A stretch of 64,000 bases of DNA from Octopus vulgaris (GCA_951406725.2 OX597818.1:15810001-15874000), one strand, 5' to 3'; counted from the first letter of the stretch, positions 1 to 13,109 are shown. Translations and numbers: made by a program. Notes: a model not told the origin generated them from the sequence alone.

Positions 1-218
1 TTACTATTGTGGACAAAAGAGGTAACTCTTTCTGAAGGAAGTCAGAAATTGATTGTCTCCCTTACACCGGAAGGTGTGGGTGTGTGTGTGTGGCCAACTG
101 ACTGTAACTTTTTGCATATTAGCACTTCCTTCTTCACATAGACATGCAATTTAAATCAACAATTATTTTTTTCAATCGCTTCAGAATATAACCCATATTA
201 TATTCTCTGCTTTTACTC

Positions 219-375
219 ATACCAAGTTGTGACAACTTTTACAATGTCCATTCACTGTAAACTGCCAATATTTGCACGTTAGCACTTCCTTCATGTAACT
301 ATACCAAGTTGTGACAGTTATTACAATGTCCATTCACTGCAAACCACCTATATTTGTGTGCTAGCACTTCCATCA
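219..375. repeat. Degenerate ~82-bp tandem duplication
   Basis: ATACCAAGTTGTGACA...ACAATGTCCATTCACTG...TAGCACTTCC occurs at ~219-293 and ~301-375. Confidence 0.7.
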
Positions 376-730
376 CATAACCATCTTCAGGTAGCCATGC
401 AATTGTAATCAACTTTTAATTATTTTTTAAATGTCGTTAAGTTTTCAAAGTTTGCTTTTCTTTTTCATACATGACTTTCATTGAAAAAAAGCTTCAGTGC
501 AATTGTGTCAGGCATTACGAGAAAAATAAGGGCATGATACAAAATGCTTCAAAATATAGAATCCCTAATGTCTACTGCAATTGCGATCTCATTTCATGAA
601 CTTTCATTTATCACTAAGTACCAAATCTGTGTTCAAAAAATTTGGTAATTATATATTTTACGCTTATCAACTTGAAACGACTTCTAACTGCAGGCTAATT
701 CAACTTAAACCACCCAAAGGTATAAACATA

Positions 731-766
<36 letters not shown>

Positions 767-967
767 ATCATCATCACCACTACCACCATTAACATTTCCA
801 CATCCACTTTTCTTAGTTTACATGGATCAGATGGAATTCACTGAAAGAGATTTCATAAGGCTGGATGACATGTTACCAGCCATAATCTGTTTCCAAGTAA
901 GACATATAGATATGTATACATGCATATGTATGTACACAAATATAGAAATGCACACATATATATGTAT

Positions 968-1011
<44 letters not shown>

Positions 1012-1379
1012 AGGAATGTGTGTGTATGCATATATATATCTATGTATACCTATGAATACATATATCTATATATATGTATGCATATATATCTAGATATATG
1101 TGTATAAATGTATATATAGTATGTGTGTATATATCATATAAAAGGTAGCAGAGGGATGACAAAAAAAATTTATAAGAAAAAAAACTAAACAAGCATAAAC
1201 ACAGCCAACCCTTCATCAGTTAATCTAATCAAATATCATCACAATTTCAACACTTTCCAACAATCTGGCAATGAAACAATATAAGCTGCTGGGAAATAGA
1301 TGAGCAGACATGACACAAGAATAGTAACATAAAACAAGGTCTGCAGACCAACTGGTGTGAAAGCATGTCCATCTGTTTC

Positions 1380-1540
1380 AAATATTGTTGTTGCTAATTT
1401 GTATGATGGGTTGTATCAGATAATGTCTCTGCATCTGTTATATTCTAGGTTATAGGTGAAATACTAATATGTGTTAATTTTCTCATAAATTCTAGATAAA
1501 AACATCCAGGAATTTGGTGCAAGGAAGGTTGGAATCCAAC
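1380..1540 (-). mobile_element. Penelope-like element fossil (RT/linker fragments)
   Basis: Minus-strand translation gives ...TKFLDVFI (RT 'NFLDV' motif, ~1500-1515) and RCRDII*YNPSY (~1400-1430), matching the PLE 'RNIIWYNPPY' motif. Stops present. Confidence 0.55.
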
Positions 1541-2235
1541 CTTTGTTTATGTAATCTTTTTGTTTTATATTAAAAAAAATCCAAATGAATTTGGTCTCTG
1601 ATTTAGGCACAACTCCAGCCATTTTTTGAGGGTAACATTGTTGATATCAACCCCAGTACTTGACTGGTACTTAATTTTGCTGAGCAGAGGGACAGAAAGC
1701 ACTACTGACCTCAAAAAGATTTGAACTCAGAATATAAAGAGCTGGAATACAAAATATTTTTTCTGGTGCTCCAAGAATTCTGACAGCATGCATGGATTAA
1801 AACTTGCATTAAAAAACATACTTCAAACTTTGAAACTGATGACAGCATAAACCAGTCAGTAAAATGTTGTTTTCCTTGTCCTGTAAAACTTCTTTAGTTA
1901 AAACATACCCCAACATTCATTCAGTAAAACTTTCTTATACAAAATCTTATCAGCAAAATGATTCTCGTTCTTGTCTAAAACTCATTTTGTGAAAACACAC
2001 AATATATTCACAGGAAAACTTTTTATGAAAACTATAATTTTGTATCATTATTCACACATATTATAGACATATTTACCTCCTCTGTTCAAAAATAAACATG
2101 CATTATTCAAATGTATATATATTTGAATAAAACATGAATTGAAAATAATAAATTTTCAATTCATTATTTTCCAAAAAACACACCTACTTTATGTCCTACT
2201 TTATGCTTGAGTTTTATTTGTTTGTACCACACCTA

Positions 2236-2277
<42 letters not shown>

Positions 2278-2478
2278 CACATACACACACAGACGTGCAA
2301 GTGTGTGTGTGCGCGCACATCACTCATTCATTTTTACATTAATTTTTTTCAACCTAACATAAGTTAGACAAATGTATTATTGACGTACTTGCTTTAAGCT
2401 CCATTGCTAGCCCATATCTGTTTTTCAAGAAAGGAATCTCTAATTTCACATCCATTTGAAGGCATGAAGCATGTGGGT

Positions 2479-2770
2479 CATTTCATCATCGTTTAACGTC
2501 CGCTTTCCATGCTATCATGGGTTGGACGATTCTGACTGAGGGCTGGCGAACCAGATGGCTGCAGCAGGCTCCAATCTTGATTTGTCAGAGTTTCTACAGC
2601 TGGATGCCCTTCCTAACACCAACCACTCCGAGAGTGTAGTGGGTGCCTTTTACGTTCCACCGGCACAGGGGCCAATCAGGTGGTACTGGCAATGACCTCA
2701 CTCAAATCCTTTTACACATGCCACCAGCACAGGTGCCAGTAAGGCGACGTTGGTAACAATCACACTCAAA
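2479..2770 (-). mobile_element. RTE-type 3' end/SINE with (GAT)n tail
   Basis: Shares GGTTGG(C/T)GTTAGGAAGGGCATCCAGC and ...GGAAAGCGGACGTTAAACGATGATG with copies at 32392, 33905 and 57347. Confidence 0.75.
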
Positions 2771-2912
2771 GGATAAGTATCAACCATGCCAATTGCAAAA
2801 AATGACTTTCATAGATCCAAATGTAAACTAACACAGTCATGCACCTGCATAGAAGATCTTTTTTAGAGTGACCAGTCTTCTAAACGTGTCAGAGGACTAT
2901 ACTTCACTCTAT

Positions 2913-3209
2913 GGAGGCACATGGCCTAGTGGTTAGAGCAAGGGACTAACAGTCAAGGGATTGCAGGTTCGAATCTCAGACCAGGCGATGTGTGTATTTA
3001 TGAGCGAAACACCTAAGCTCCACGCAGCTCCAATAGAAGGTAATGGTGAACTTCTGCTGACTCTTTCGCCACAACATTCTCTCACTCTTTCCTCCTGCAT
3101 CTTGCAGCTCACCTGCGACGGACTGGCGCCCCATCCAGGTGAGGAACCTATACACCAATGAAACCGGGAAACCAGCCCTTATGAGCCAGGCATGGCTCGA
3201 GAAGGAACA
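2913..3209 (+). mobile_element. tRNA-derived SINE (family B)
   Basis: A box TGGCCTAGTGG, B box GGTTCGAATC. 11-bp TSD ATACTTCACTC at 2899-2909 and 3210-3220. Near-identical inverted copy at 54679-54968. Confidence 0.9.
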
Positions 3210-3329
3210 ATACTTCACTCACAAGACATGTTTCTGACACAGGAAAGGAATTTTGCCATAGAAACTAACACATTACATAGTGTAAGGTGTAATACCTCAT
3301 TTTACTTGCACTAGTGAAGTTGCCTTACA

Positions 3330-3900
3330 GCCTGCATGACAAAAGAAACCTCACTACTCTTATGTAACCTTTGTTCTTTCAGGGCAAAAACACTAAGAGA
3401 ATAAATAGTAGAGTATGACTGTAGAACATGAATTTGGGAGGCAGGGGAAAGAAGAGCAAGAGCATGTATGATAGGGAAGTGAACCAAAAAGGCAGGAGAA
3501 ATGGTAGAGATATGGTAATGGGGAAGAGAAACTAACGGAAGCTTTATAGTTACTAAGAGAGAGAATGAAAGAAATAGAGAGAGAGGGAAAGCAAATGGTA
3601 GATAGCCATAGGAATAGTCAATGATATAATACAATGATATGTTAACAAATGAACTGGAGGAACTGTAGCAGTAAAGGAGAGTAATTTTAACTGATAAGAG
3701 AGAGGTACAACTGATGATGGTGAGAGAATTGAGTATAGATAGATCTAATGATATGCCCCATTTTATAGATGACATTGAACAATGAAGAGGAGAAAGGGAA
3801 AGTGACAGATGAGATAGAACAGGCATTAGAGGCAGTAAATGGAAACTAAGCAAGTTCAAAGGAGGCAAAAGCCCAGACGTAGATATTATACATATTATAT
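3330..3900 (-). mobile_element. Highly decayed LINE (APE endonuclease region, CR1/Jockey-like), tentative
   Basis: Minus-strand translation 'LVTIKLPLVSLPHYHIS' resembles the 'V.LSSPLGSSDH.LIS' end of APE domains. Weak match. Confidence 0.3.
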
Positions 3901-3919
3901 GTTTCAGTCCCACCATCCC

Positions 3920-4400
3920 TCGCATTTCAACATGTTTTGCCATCTTGCACAAGTGATTGGTACTTTTCAAGTCCTACATAACATCAACCATCATAGTTCT
4001 TTGTCATTTACACGAGATGCAACAATTTGAAATCCATCTTTAGCAATTTAAACTAAGTGTTCCTCAGACTTCCTCTTCTACAGACCCCACCCATTTTCAA
4101 TGTTTAGCTTAATCCATGCACATCACACATTCCAATCAGCACAGTACTCTTGCACATTGATTCCTCTTATATCCATTTTTTTCTCTCAACACATTAGTAC
4201 TCCACAGTTCATTGTACACTATTGTACAGCTAGCATAGCAGGCTCACTTTATCATTTTCCAGTCTTTGCAAATCCTAAACTACATAGATGAGCATCACAC
4301 AATTTGCTTTGCACTCCAAAGAATCCTCTTTTACCTTTTTAAATCTGTCCTTGCTCTAGCAACTCGTTCTCAGAATATCCTCCTCCATTGCTAAATCCTC
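3920..4400 (-). mobile_element. Decayed RTE LINE ORF C-terminus
   Basis: Minus-strand 'STNVLREKMDIRGINVQE' parallels the cleaner copy at 48880-49339 (SVSTLREKLDLRSIRCGVQERRLRWYGH). Confidence 0.55.
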
Positions 4401-5221
4401 CTCCATTGCTAATTAGGTCACTTATTGACAACTAGGAAGACTTGAGAGCATTTGAAAGAATCTGTTTCCTATACTCCAGTGGGTTAGAAGATTTCTTCCT
4501 TGATCATATGAAGTTTATTTTCCTGATTAGCCAGCCTTTGATCTTAAAACACTTCTTGTGCATTCAGATATTATTTCAAAAAGATTTCATATGCCTAGAT
4601 TACAAACACACAAATACATATATAAAATTCACCTATTATATTCTTTATTTATTTCAACCTTCTCGACTGGCTATGCAGGAGTGCTACCATTAATTCTCCT
4701 TTATTTCTAGTTCTCCTTCTGTGGTTGATCTTTAGTGCACAACTCTCCCACTTTTATTTTTCTTATTTAATTCATCAAGGATCTCCAACAAAAGTTGTTC
4801 CAACAAAACCATTAAGTTTTGGGGGTGGTGGGGGAGACAGGATGTTAAAGAGTAGTGGGCATCTGAAATCTGCAGTATTGTGTACCAACTTTATATGGAA
4901 AAGGTGAGTTTGCTGGCATTCTGCATTTACGTACAGTTCAGGGACTGGAATTGCTCTCAGTCCAAAAGTTTGGCACTACACTCTCCAAGATCATCCATTA
5001 TATGTATGTATGTGTGAGTGTGTAACCTCAAAAATACTGGTATTGACAGTTGGAGTCATTAGGCTGTAGCCAGCAAAGTACAAAAGAAGCTTTTATATGC
5101 CTATTCAAAATATATCTCATAAGCAAACTTAAACTCGAAGTAGATGAAACTATAAATAATAAAAAATAAATACAATCTCGTCAGTAAAAAAAAATTCTAA
5201 AACGGACAGAGGAATCAAAGG

Positions 5222-5291
5222 ATTACTTTGGTCCAATGATAGAACGTCTGTCATATTTGCAGAAGACATAGGTTAGAGTCCCACGAGCAAT
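5222..5291 (+). pseudogene. tRNA-like cloverleaf (pseudo-tRNA or SINE head)
   Basis: Acceptor ATTACTT/GAGCAAT, D arm GTCC/GAAC, anticodon arm TCTGT-CATATTT-GCAGA, T arm ATAGG-TTAGAGT-CCCAC. Several mismatches and non-canonical loops. Confidence 0.45.
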
Positions 5292-5829
5292 AGTGGGACT
5301 ATTTCTATCCAAAGGTTTTTAACCCAATACTTACACCCTATTTACTGCTTAATCTACTTCGAGTTAAACCGTTAAAATCGAATTATTTCCTATTCTTTTG
5401 AAGTTTCTAAATTTTTAATGTACACGTTATATATATAATACAAACGCTAGCAATGGTTTCATGGCGAAAGAATTTCCACAATCTTCAAACGATCCACTTA
5501 AAATGGCTAGTAAATGACAAGTGGATCGCTTGAGATTGTGGAAATCCTTTCCAGTTGAAATTATTGATAGTGTTAGTGGATTAACAAATCCACTAATAAG
5601 TATGTATAACTATATATATCAGTTCATTCTGTTTCTAGTAACTCATTTGATGAAATGATTAATTTTGCATTGTTTCTTATCCTTACCACAGACACTGCAA
5701 AGACCCTAAAGCGGACGCGAGTGGAGCAATGGCCGCTATTATATACATAATATATATTTGATGTATGTTTGTTCGTATATATTAAATAAATACATTGTGA
5801 TATAACATGAAGAATATGTGTGTCTGTAC

Positions 5830-6004
5830 ACATATATTATCCCAAGTGTACAGTATTCTATATATCAATTACAGCCGGTCTTACCAGTTGGGTTCGCGAC
5901 TCGTAAGATCGACCGTTATGGATATATACTACTGTACACTTAGGATAATATATCCACTCTAATGAGTTCATTTTTTTCCTGACTTATGGACTCTTAGACG
6001 ACTT

Positions 6005-6055
<51 letters not shown>

Positions 6056-6950
6056 CGTATATAGGCGGAGGTAAAACGCGTGCATACACACACTGCGAGC
6101 TCCAATATGACTGCAACCACAGGTCGCCGACCCCGACCCTCTACCAATGCCCTCGGCCCAGCAAAGAGTCTGACCAAAGCACACACACACATCCCTATAA
6201 GGCGGACACCCAACAAAATAAACTGTCTCCCACCACCCCAACATATACTCCTTCACACACAGACGTACACATTACACACCACACGCTAACATAAACAGCC
6301 CCCCACGACTTTATCCTTTACAGGAAGAAAACAGACCAACGAACACAGCCATTTATACCTACAAACCCAGAAAAAATTATGCACAACACCACTACACTTA
6401 TCACACACACACCATCCCCACAGGAGCACCACACTTAATGCACACTTCCCCTACAAATGCCTTAAGATAACTCTTACCGGCTTCACAGCATACCCAACGA
6501 CGGGGGAATAACTCATAACCTAATCCCCCCCGGCCCTTTTTCGTTTCACTGTGAAAAATCACAGCAGCCGCTGACTGTGTTAATCCACCTCCGGCAATTA
6601 TTGTTACCTAACACTTCATTGTATTCTTTGCGCGAAACCGATTGGTAATATCTGTCGTGATGGATATATGATACTATATATATATTTCTGATAATATACC
6701 CACTCTATTGACAGATATACGAGACGAGTGCATCTTTTCCCTGACTTATGGTCTCTTAGTTGACTCATGCATGTGTAATTCGTGGTACAGTGGGTATATT
6801 ATCCGAAATGTTATTTATATATCCATCACGGCTAACTCTGATGAGCGTAAGGTTCTATCGGATTGTTACCTAACACTCCATTGTACTCATCGCGCGAAAC
6901 CGATTGATAAGATCAGCCGTGATGGATATATAACACTATATACTTCGGAT
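5830..6950 (+). mobile_element. Hammerhead-bearing retrozyme/Penelope pseudo-LTR-like element with tandem and inverted segments
   Basis: Direct repeat ~6599-6680 vs ~6862-6945. Long hairpins at 5832-5953 and 6686-6807. Hammerhead core at 6838-6909. Confidence 0.6.
6817..6930 (+). ncRNA. Type I hammerhead ribozyme (one substitution in stem III)
   Basis: Stem I ATATCCATCACGGCT/AGCCGTGATGGATAT; CTGATGA at 6838-6844; stem II GCG...CGC; GAAA at 6896-6899; CC-GATT-GA-TA. The paralogous copy at 6634-6647 has an intact GAAACC-GATT-GGTA. Confidence 0.7.
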
Positions 6951-6961
6951 TTTATCTCTCA

Positions 6962-7059
<98 letters not shown>

Positions 7060-9429
7060 TATTCTCCATATCGTTATATTACGTATATATTTAATATATA
7101 CAAACAAACATACATCAAATATATATACTTATTTTCACATATATTATCATTTATTACATGTGTACCCCAGCCGTCAATAACAAGGGAGATACTGAAAAAT
7201 GTACACGCTAATGAGAGTATGAGAATGTAAATATAAATGCTAAAATAATAGGAAATCAAGGAAAGGAAATTATATTTATCATTCCCCAAATATTATACAG
7301 GTTTGATTACTTATAAATACACGAGGGAACAAGAGAGAGGGAGAAGTTTGAGTAATCATTTCTACCCGCGCTTACATTCGCACTCACACATATACAATTT
7401 AATAAAGAAGTATAAAAATGTTCGTTTTCTTAGTAGCCAAAAAACAAACTGACGAATTACATCTAAAAAATAAACATATAAATAAAAAAAATTCTTAGTA
7501 ATGATTCGTTGAATTTTCTCTTTCGCAGGAAAGAAAAACGATTTAGTTGTGCTAATGATCATATGTAGGCGTTGACTTGGCTGTTACGTCCTGCTTGTTA
7601 TTTTACTGCAGTGACTGCAGTAAATAGCAGCAATGTCAATGCGTGCTATTAGTCAGTTCAGATACGATGGTGGAGAAAAAGAGAGAGAACAGCAAGTAAT
7701 TTATCTGTTGAATAAAAACATAAATAGATTTTTTTTTTTGCGCGGGACATCTCTTCATCGTCGCCCGATTTACAGAAAATGACAATCAAACTTCAAACCT
7801 TAAGTTCGTAATTAGAATAAAAAATAAGATATTCGATAATGTTGTCGTAGTCTTTGGGTACAGTGTATCCGAAAAAGTAATCGGATAGTTATAGTCCTTT
7901 GAGGGTGAGTGAGCTTTATCAGAAATGATTGGGAAGCTAAATAAAGACAACCAGTTATGGCCTACTGCTTAATTAAGTATTCATTAATGTGGATTTATGT
8001 AGGCGCAGAAATACTCTTACGCTGATTAAATAATATTACCAGATGTTATCCTGTTCTGAATTTAATCCCCACTGACTTTGAAACAAATAAACAGCATCAA
8101 ACTTCTCAGAAAACTTTTATATAAAACACATCGAACTTCTCGATTCGAAAAAAAATAATAATAATCTTCAAATATATATGTCTGTGTGTGTGTGTGTGTG
8201 TGTTTTCATACAATAAAAGAAATCAATATTTGTATGCCAGTAATATGAATTTTATAGGCGGCAGCAGGATGAAATGAGGAATCATCCAAGGAGATCCGAA
8301 CCTGAATTCGAACCCCCAAAATATGTGAGGAGTCGAACTAGATATGGGAAATAAATTAATATATTTGCCGAATATTTTGTTTTGTCATGTACAGCCTTTC
8401 GCTACATCACTATTTATGAATAGACAGACAGAGGCTAAGTGGGCGATGTAAAGTAAAAATTGTTAAAAGCGAATTAATTTAATTAATGAATATGAGATAT
8501 TGGCATAAAATAATATACATATCGAAGGTGATGAAATGGCCGATCAAAAGGCCAATTAATCTTGTCATATTTCGTCATTAGGGCCAAGTGCGAGCTGTGT
8601 ATTAGGGGCTTCAAAAGGTGTAAAAGTTAAAACAAATCGACAACTTCAATAACAAAAATAAATAAAAAAACAAACTAAACAAAAGGTCATACTGATTGCG
8701 CAATATCTAAACAAACATGATTAACATGTCGATATCCATAATATATTAGTACTAACTTAACAGATCATAATAAGTCAAATAAGAAATGTAAGACAACGTG
8801 TAAACGGACAGACGAAATTGATATAATTAATATATTATATTTACCTTTAATTTCTTCGTTAATATTAGTGTTTCATCCACATTTTTGATACGGCAGCTGC
8901 TTTGTAGTTCCTTTAATTGATTTGTAGTAAAAGGTTATAATTCATATTAAAAATATTATTAAATTAATTTTATTGAGATGTATATAAAATTGACTACCTT
9001 AGAGAGAGAAATTTACACACAAATAAACTCTAAGAAAGAGCTTGATCTGGTATTCAGTTTTAGACAGGAAAAAACAGTCATGACATCACTGCAATGTGAT
9101 TGGAGGAAATATTGCTGACGTAAAACTTATAATTCCCAAGTGGGGTGTGAAGAGGGGTGATGGGATGTTAGGAGAATGAAGAAAAAAAAAACAAAAAGAC
9201 TCATGGAGTAAATAAATAAAATATTAATGTGGAATACAAGTATGGAAGGCATATATAACACAGGAACGAGGAAGAATGGTTATATTCATACACATATATA
9301 CGCACACACACACACACACATAAGTGCAGACGGAGTAGGAACAAGAAATGTGTGATTGTAGACATATATAGATATGTGCCTGTGTATTTATGTATATGTA
9401 TGAGCACGCATACGCATGTAGAGAGTGAG

Positions 9430-9483
<54 letters not shown>

Positions 9484-9988
9484 GCTGTGTATAGATAGAG
9501 GTGGGGGAAAGAAGTGTATACATGTATATATTTACTATATTTATATACTAATGTGTATAGCTAGAGAGAGGGGGGAAAGCGAGATCAGTGAGGAAGATAA
9601 AAGAAATTTTAAATAGGGAAGGAGAAGGAAGGAGAAAAGACCAATGAAGTTGGCTGGATGGAAATAAGTGAAATAGGAACAAAACAGATCCGAAAATTTT
9701 GTTTTTATACGTTCGTTAAGCAAGTGTCATAATACCGAGTGAAAAGAAATCAATCAGATTTGAAAGATTTCGAACCAATCCCTAGTTATTTGAACCATTA
9801 AGTATTTCAGATTATGTTATAGGTGTTTTATTTTCTCTTTTTCTCCCTAACCCAGATAAAACGAAAAGAAAATAGATTCCAAAGCATCAAAATACATGAG
9901 TATGGACATGAAATTCTGCTTCTGGACAAAACAGAAACATCGAATAGTTGTAGTTATATTTATCCAGGAAATGTATGTATATACGCAA

Positions 9989-10274
<286 letters not shown>

Positions 10275-10281
<7 letters not shown>

Positions 10282-10582
10282 CAGTGTACTTTTAAACACA
10301 TAAGCGGTATCTGACATAGGATTCCTTCCACGCTAGAAGGAACAGTTAAAGTCCAAACCACTATTAGGGATAAAACTCGAAGGGAATCAAAAATAATAAC
10401 ATTTACCATCTATCTCCTGGGCCATGGTTTCAGGCTTTTTTTTAGTAAATAAAATAATTTGGTAGGCGAAGTCTTCATCAACAGTTTTTATCCTTAATAG
10501 TGGCTTGGACTTTAGCTGTTCCTTCTAGCGTGAAAGGAATCCTATATATCCTCTTATATGTTTAAATCTACACTGTATTTAT
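10275..10582 (-). mobile_element. Foldback element with ~105-bp inverted arms and a degenerate hammerhead in the spacer
   Basis: Arms ~10275-10378 and ~10484-10582 are reverse complements. Minus strand reads CTG-TTGATGA-AGACTT...AAGCCT-GAAA-CCATGG-CC-CAG. Confidence 0.7.
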
Positions 10583-10690
10583 ATGAATAATATATAGTCT
10601 ATTGACAAAATTTTCTACACGCTAGGCCACAGGTTGTAAAAATTTCTAAAATCTTTATTACCCTGATATTATTATTATTATTAGATATAT

Positions 10691-10759
<69 letters not shown>

Positions 10760-10877
10760 GAAATACAAAAAAAAAAAAATGGGACAAGAACGCAAAATAT
10801 CCAGACAAGTCTCATATATATATTTCGTTTTGGGATTTGGTTTGCCAGATTCTTTATGTGACTTCCAGTGTTGAAGC

Positions 10878-11122
10878 ATATTTTGTTGTGTATGGGGAGA
10901 GACATTCTCTTTTTGTGCCTTATTATTTAACACACTCACCGATTCATTTACCACTCATTTACGACTTTATTCTTTTCTAAAATTTTCGTCACGCCTTGCG
11001 ATTGAAAAGGTTGCAAGACGCAACGAAAATTTTAGAAAATATAAAGAAATAAACGAGTGGAAACTGAATCTGTGAGTGTGTTAAATAATAAGACACAAAA
11101 AGAGAATGACTCCCCAGACACA

Positions 11123-11130
<8 letters not shown>
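10878..11130. repeat. ~250-bp imperfect palindrome (foldback element)
   Basis: GGGGAG..CATTCTCTTTTTGTGCCTTATTATTTAACACACTCAC...CTAAAATTTTCGT pairs with ACGAAAATTTTAG...GTGAGTGTGTTAAATAATAAGACACAAAAAGAGAATGACTCCCC. Confidence 0.85.
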
Positions 11131-11172
<42 letters not shown>

Positions 11173-11356
11173 GTAAAAAATACAAACTGGGACAAGAACG
11201 CAAAACATTTAGAAGACGATACAAAAGACACGGACGGGACATTCGAAGCCTTCAATCTTCAGTCAAAAACCGGATCATCCTCGCAATTTCGGCTATATAC
11301 ATACATACATACATACATATTTATATATATGCATACATATATGTGTCTATATGTGA

Positions 11357-11399
<43 letters not shown>

Positions 11400-11621
11400 T
11401 ATACATACACAGACACACATACAGACACACATATACATGCATGCATACATACATGTTTTTTTACATTTTACCTCATACTTCCTTCAATCATTTGACTGTG
11501 GCCATGCTGGTGCACTGCCTTGAAGAGTTTTAGTCGAATATATCAACCCCAGGACATGTTTTTAGCCTGGTACTTATTCTATCGATCTCTTTATATATAT
11601 ATATTTTCATATATCGGACTC

Positions 11622-11695
<74 letters not shown>

Positions 11696-11753
11696 TGGTG
11701 CTCTAGCATGGCCGCAGTCAAATGAGTGAAACACGTAAAAGAATAAAAGAATA

Positions 11754-11970
11754 TTAGTGGTTAGGGTGTTGGACTCATGATCGTAAGATTGTGGTTTCGA
11801 TTCCTGGCCCGAGCAATGCGCTGTGTTCTTGAGCAATGCACTTCATTTCATATTTGTCCTGTCCAAGAATAAGTAATCCTGCGAGAGATCGGTGTCCCGT
11901 CCACGTGGGGAATATATACGCGAGTGAAACCGAGAAACTGGCCCTTATGAGCCTGGCATGGCTTCAGAAG
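11754..11970 (+). mobile_element. tRNA-derived SINE (family B)
   Basis: TAGTGGTTAGGGTG...GGTTTCGATTCC; similar to copies at 13615 and 23014. Confidence 0.75.
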
Positions 11971-11979
11971 AAGAAAAAA

Positions 11980-12303
11980 TGCTGGAGCACCGCCTTTAGT
12001 CGAACAAATCGACCCCAGGTCTGATTCTTTATAAGCCTAGTACTTATTCTATCGGTGTCTTTTGCCGAACTGCTAGTTTACAGGGACATAAAGACACCAG
12101 CATCGATTGTCAAGCATTGGTGGGAGACAAACACAAACACACACACACAAATATATACGTATAGATATACGAGGGGATTCTTCCAGTTTCCATCTACAAA
12201 ATCTACTCACAAGAGTTTGGTCGGCCCAAGGCAACAGTAGAAAATACTTGCCTAAGGTGTCATCATGTGGTTGGGAAGCAAGCTTCTTACCACAGCCACA
12301 CCT

Positions 12304-12308
<5 letters not shown>
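11980..12308 (-). mobile_element. SINE family A
   Basis: Reverse complement of the high-copy consensus (...TTTGGTAGACGGAAACTGAAAGAAGCCCGTCG...GATAGAATAAGTACTAGGCTT...). Confidence 0.85.
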
Positions 12309-12379
<71 letters not shown>

Positions 12380-12388
12380 GTAAGCGAT

Positions 12389-12648
12389 CAGTCCTGCGTG
12401 GCACCTAAGGCAAGTGTCTTCTACTATAGCCTCGGTTCGACCAAAGCCTTGTGAGATTTGGTAGACAGAAACTGAAAGAAGCCCGTCGTGGATGTGTATG
12501 TGTGTTTGTCTCCCCCACATCACAGCTTGACAACCGGTGCTGGTGTGTTTATGTCCTCCGTCACTTAGCGGTTCGACGAAACAGAACGTTTGAATAAGTA
12601 CCAAAACATTCAAGGTGGTGCTCCCGCATGACCGCAGTCAAATGACTG
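12389..12648 (+). mobile_element. SINE family A (5'-truncated)
   Basis: CAGTCCTGCGTGGCACC...GGCAAGTGTCTTCTACTATAGCCTCGG...CGCAGTCAAATGACTG. Confidence 0.85.
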
Positions 12649-12868
12649 TTTGTTGCTCCCAGAAGGGACCTGACGTGAGTTGTCTCGCTTGCCCATGATT
12701 TACTTTTAGGTGTTTTTAACACCAGGTGGATTTAGAAAGTAATCGCTTGCGCCTTCAACGCAACCGATCCAGGAACTAACAACACGCACACCTTGTGTAG
12801 GTGTGTCGATTTTGTTTATATACCTCGAGCTACTTCTAATTTACATTTGAATATTACATACATACATA

Positions 12869-12946
<78 letters not shown>

Positions 12947-13109
12947 TAATAATAAGGGTAAAATTAATTAATTAATTAATAATTAATAATTCCACCAAGT
13001 AGTGATTCGATATGTAAAAGACCGTTATCGGTAAATTTAAACAATATCTGCTATTTCTAAAGTTCGGTGTGTGGTGAAGCAAATTCTTTTGCCTCACCCT
13101 TATAATATA

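Noticed and set aside
2913-2990. SINE heads as functional tRNA genes
   Set aside because: They lack complete cloverleaves and run into repeat bodies with tails and TSDs.
3311-3970. Longest ORF (219 aa, minus) as a membrane protein gene
   Set aside because: Low-complexity L/S/I composition from a pyrimidine-rich strand; better explained as decayed LINE sequence.
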